Part shown: one piece after another, positions 60,501 to 64,000 of the stretch
Position numbering within the stretch: the first letter of the stretch is position 1
How the letters are laid out: each line of letters begins with the position of its first letter
Assembly (NCBI GenBank): GCA_965203295.1
Contig: CBDBCZ010000018.1
Coordinates: 384,001-448,000 of the forward strand
Origin: Nitrospirales bacterium
GTDB lineage: Bacteria > Nitrospirota > Nitrospiria > Nitrospirales > UBA8639
Length of the DNA stretch: 64,000 bases
Reading direction: 5' to 3'
Program-made: the position numbers and the translations under genes
Notes under the pieces: generated by a model
The model's input: only the letters and a program-made list of their open reading frames with translations
Database searches by the model: none
What the model was told of the DNA's origin: nothing

Positions 60501-63074
60501 GATAGATAGATAGATAATCATTTTTACGTCCCACCACATGGCAGCAGGCCAAATACGGCCTATGAGACCACATAAAAGAATACAATATGTACAAAAGGAT
60601 AAGATTATATGGAGAGAGAATAAGGAATATTAGAAAAGAGGGATAGGGGTAGAGTGAGGTGATAGAGCTAACGTGTTTTTTTTGTTTTTTTTTTTGTTTT
60701 TTTTTTCAACACTGAACGAGGACCAAGACCACACCATATCTAAATTACACAATACACATAAGGACTGGTATGAAGAGTAGAAACAGTAAACACATAATAC
60801 ATAAACCTGTTAAGATTATAAAGGAGCAAAAACTTTACATGGAGTTCGATGGAGTATACAACACAGGATTTATAGCGCAACAAGAAAGAGAATGATCTTA
60901 CTAAAGTATAATGGGTTACAGAATGAAGATTCCGCTATGGTACATATACGTAATGTGAATAGAGATATTGCTGTATAATCTGATTCGATGAACACGGTGT
61001 AGGGCCATTGGCAGATACATACAAGAGCATGAGGTTCTAGTAGAGCACCCAGCAAAATCATCAAGGAGCATTTATTGCAAAGCTCTAACTGGATTGGTGG
61101 AATATAAACACCTGGATTTGAAAAAGGGCAACAGTGAACTTTGCAAAGTAGTGAGAAATATTCCACTATGGTGCATAATGTGTGTGACAGGTACAGAGTA
61201 TAAACTGATTTTATATGATGGTGTTTCAGCTAATAAGAGTATATGAGGTTCTGGTGAAGCACATGTTAAAAACATAAGGTGGAATATGAAAATTTGAAAA
61301 GGGGGCAACAAGTGAGCGAGTGATCTTTGAGAGGTAGTGCGTACAGAGATATTGCTAGCATTAAAACTTATTTCGTAAAGACGGTGCGGGTCGTTTTAGT
61401 GTTGTTGTTTTTTTTCTTCTTTTTCTTTTATAGTTAGCTTTAGGGAGGTAGTATATAGAAGAAGGGAGAGAAGGAAGAGAAGGAGGGAGGCGAAGGGGAA
61501 TGAAGAGAGGAAAGAGGAAGAGAGTAAGGTGGTAAGGGTAGGGGGAGGTTACAGATTCTAAAAAACAAAAGAAAAGAAAAAAAAAACAGAAAAAAAACAA
61601 TAAAATACCAATAAAACAATAAAAAGGACGATCAGGGAACACACATGCAGAAAAGATTAACAAGCAGAATGCGGGTAATGGATACTAATTAACACTTAGA
61701 ACGCGGAGGGCCAATATATTGGCCCGCCAAGTATACGTGCGTAGCGCGGAGGGCCAATATATTGGCCCTCCGCGCTATTGGCTTCTACGTCTATATTACG
61801 TTTTGATAAGCTCAGATTTTTAGTACTGATAGTCAGCAGGGGAGTTCCCCTGTCTATAATCAGCTTTGTTGACGTAAGCTCCAAACCACGAAGCGCTACA
61901 ACCGGAAATACGGTCGACCACAAGACGTAGCCATGGCTGCCGATCGAGACAAGCGCCTAAAACGGCGTGTGGATGCCACTACTGTTGTTTCACGCTGCTT
62001 GTGTGGCTGCCTAAGGTTCTCAGGACTACATCTGTATCTTCTTTCGCCGCCTCAGTCTCTAGCAAGGCACTGGATCGCTTGAAATTGGTGGAACTACTCG
62101 GGTAAGTATGAACCGCCTATTGTAGCCCGATTTTTACAGCTCTGTTAAGCTTTGTGAAGCTTCTTGAAGCTTTAGCATGTGTGATTGAAGTCACTATAAG
62201 CTTTCTCAAATACAACTAAGCGTATAGAATAGTTTCTAGCGTCCTATAAGCTGGTTTATCGAATATTCAATTTAAATTCCGCGCACACGTAAGATTACGT
62301 CACACAAAGCACGCGGGCAAAGTGTTAATGGGAACCACATAACAGAGACTTCCTGAGGATAAACATTTCATTTATAGCCTTGCCTATGTCCAAAGACTGA
62401 GAGCAGGATTGCAGCAGAAGGATGGTTCTGTTTATTGGGCTCATTGCAAAGAAGCTTGCACTGTCCATTCCCCAGAAACTGATTGCCACTGCATACATTT
62501 TTAAACGAGATTCTAACGGGGACACATGAGTTGAGAAAGTGACACTCATCTCCAACTCCCTTCTGGCATATTTGACAAATCCTTTGTTGTAATGGTGTTT
62601 TGGGGGTTCTGTATCGCCCAGATTCGACTTCTAAGGGGAGACATCCACACCTCAGTAATGTTATGATCCTGCGACGGTTTATGCAGGTTACCTCCATATA
62701 TGGTTCAGGACATGGCTCGTGTTTTATTTGGCGACAGTAGAATAGATGGCCACCAGACTCCGATCGTGGAGGGATGACGTTGACTGCCTCCGCCCACTCA
62801 GTCATTTTTCTCCTCCATAACAGCTTCCCGCAGTCTGCTGGGCTGCTGTGGCTGTTGTGGCGGCAGATAGAGAGTTCAGGAGAGAGGCCGTCCGGCTTGC
62901 CCAGTTTGACACACCTGAGTCTGCAAGGGACTTACTCCAAGCATATATCAAACTGGTCACCCTATCACCTGGCATTTCTAATAAGCGGCAGTGGAACTTC
63001 AAAATATTACAGTCATTCCGCCAACGGGAAAGTCACGTGAATTTATTTTCTGAGTGACGTCATACAACAGTGCC
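60500..63074 (-). mobile_element. LINE 3' portion with long 3' UTR and (TCTA)n tail
   Basis: LRCGCLPLEVESGRY...RICQICQKGVGDECHFL (62368-62805) and FHCRLLEMPGDRVTSLIY; gatagatagataga tail at ~60500. Confidence 0.75.
61693..62324 (+). mobile_element. TTAA MITE family with CACTT ends
   Basis: TTAA-CACTTAGAACGCG ... CGCGGGCAAAGTG-TTAA; subterminal palindrome gcgcggagggccaatatattggccctccgcgc. Confidence 0.92.
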
Positions 63075-64000
63075 TAGTAGTCCGCCATTGTGATGTTCAA
63101 CCGGGCCAAAGAGAGCGCTTCCTATCTCCTGTAAGAAGGGTTTGTTGGACTCCATATCCAGCAGTACTGGAGGAAAACAGCTGTAGTAGTCATCCAGAGC
63201 ATTGAAAAGAAATGGCACCCCTGCGTTTCTCGCTTATGCGGGTTTTCAGTTGCCGTCTGCCGATTCTTGAATGTGGGTGAGCCGTGTGAAAGTTCCTGTA
63301 TCTCAAGCAAGGAAGATTAGAACAACTACAAACTTGCATATGTTATTCGAAGCATGTTATTGCACATGTTGGATAAATGTTAGTGAAATTCGTTGTGCAC
63401 AAAAAAAAATCGGGCGAGGTTTGTAGGTGCTGCATGTGTGAAATAAAACATGGAATTTTTCAAGGACGCTATGTAACTGTTCATGTACAACTTGCAGACA
63501 ATATCTAGATAAACTACAGGCAATTTATATAAAGTACATCTAGTCAACTAGTTCCTGTTCCTCGTGTTCATCATCTTCAGGCTCAGAACTGTGGAGTGAC
63601 TCGTAATCACCAAACACCCAATCCATTATGTCGTCCACATCTGTTTGTCTGTTGTCAGCAACGATTTCATCTATGCTTACTTCAAGCAAATCATCTTTTC
63701 TGTGTAGTAATGGAGTTGGTATGTTGGAACAGTTTGTACATTCACATCCTTCACCGCATGTCTTTCCCTTCCCCTTGCAGCCAAATCGTGACGTCGTACA
63801 GCCAGTTCTGCAATGACAGCCTCGTAGTAGTCCTGCAACACGCTGTTTCACGGCCTCCATGTTGGTCTCACTGTCCCAATCAAAGGCAAGTGTGTCCCCA
63901 CTTAACTTCCACCCATACTCTGTAACAGGCCTGATATCCATCACATTTTTGTTGGCTTGGTGTCATGTATCTATGACCCAGCATGTCCTCTTCCAATGGT
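63075..64000 (-). mobile_element. 3' end of an Academ-type (XPG/Cys8) DNA transposon, running off the window
   Basis: ORF 63540-63944 has YGW...L.FDW and CHCRTGCTTSRFGC...CGEGCECTNCSN (Cys8-like, one Cys lost). A TAG-starting end at ~63075-63078 interrupts the LINE. Confidence 0.6.

Overview
This is eukaryotic (animal) DNA. It has spliceosomal-type introns, no operons and no intact host gene. An invertebrate such as a sponge is plausible but cannot be proven from the sequence. The window is almost entirely nested, decayed mobile elements rearranged by segmental duplication. It holds four partial copies of one EnSpm/CACTA transposase gene and three to four of a second, different CACTA transposase. 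It also holds Gypsy, DIRS/Ngaro-type and LINE retroelement pieces, an Academ end and a Helentron-type non-autonomous element. There are many small TIR elements (TTAA piggyBac-like, TTAA Kolobok-like, TA Tc1/mariner-like, 9-bp-TSD AcademH-like), several confirmed by empty sites in duplicate copies. The most unusual items are: (1) a tyrosine-recombinase gene that appears to begin with a TDP-43-N-terminal-like domain and a C2H2-like finger, present twice, plus a diverged relative; (2) a Kolobok-type DDE transposase apparently fused to an OTU deubiquitinase-like domain with intact catalytic motifs, next to a diverged paralogous relic with the same fusion; (3) a PGAM5-like phosphatase fragment between CACTA 5' ends; (4) a 2A-like peptide plus PHD finger in a LINE; (5) hammerhead-ribozyme-like motifs. 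All family calls come from motif recognition by eye, and no database search was run. TIR/TSD coordinates were counted directly, while boundaries of decayed genes are approximate.
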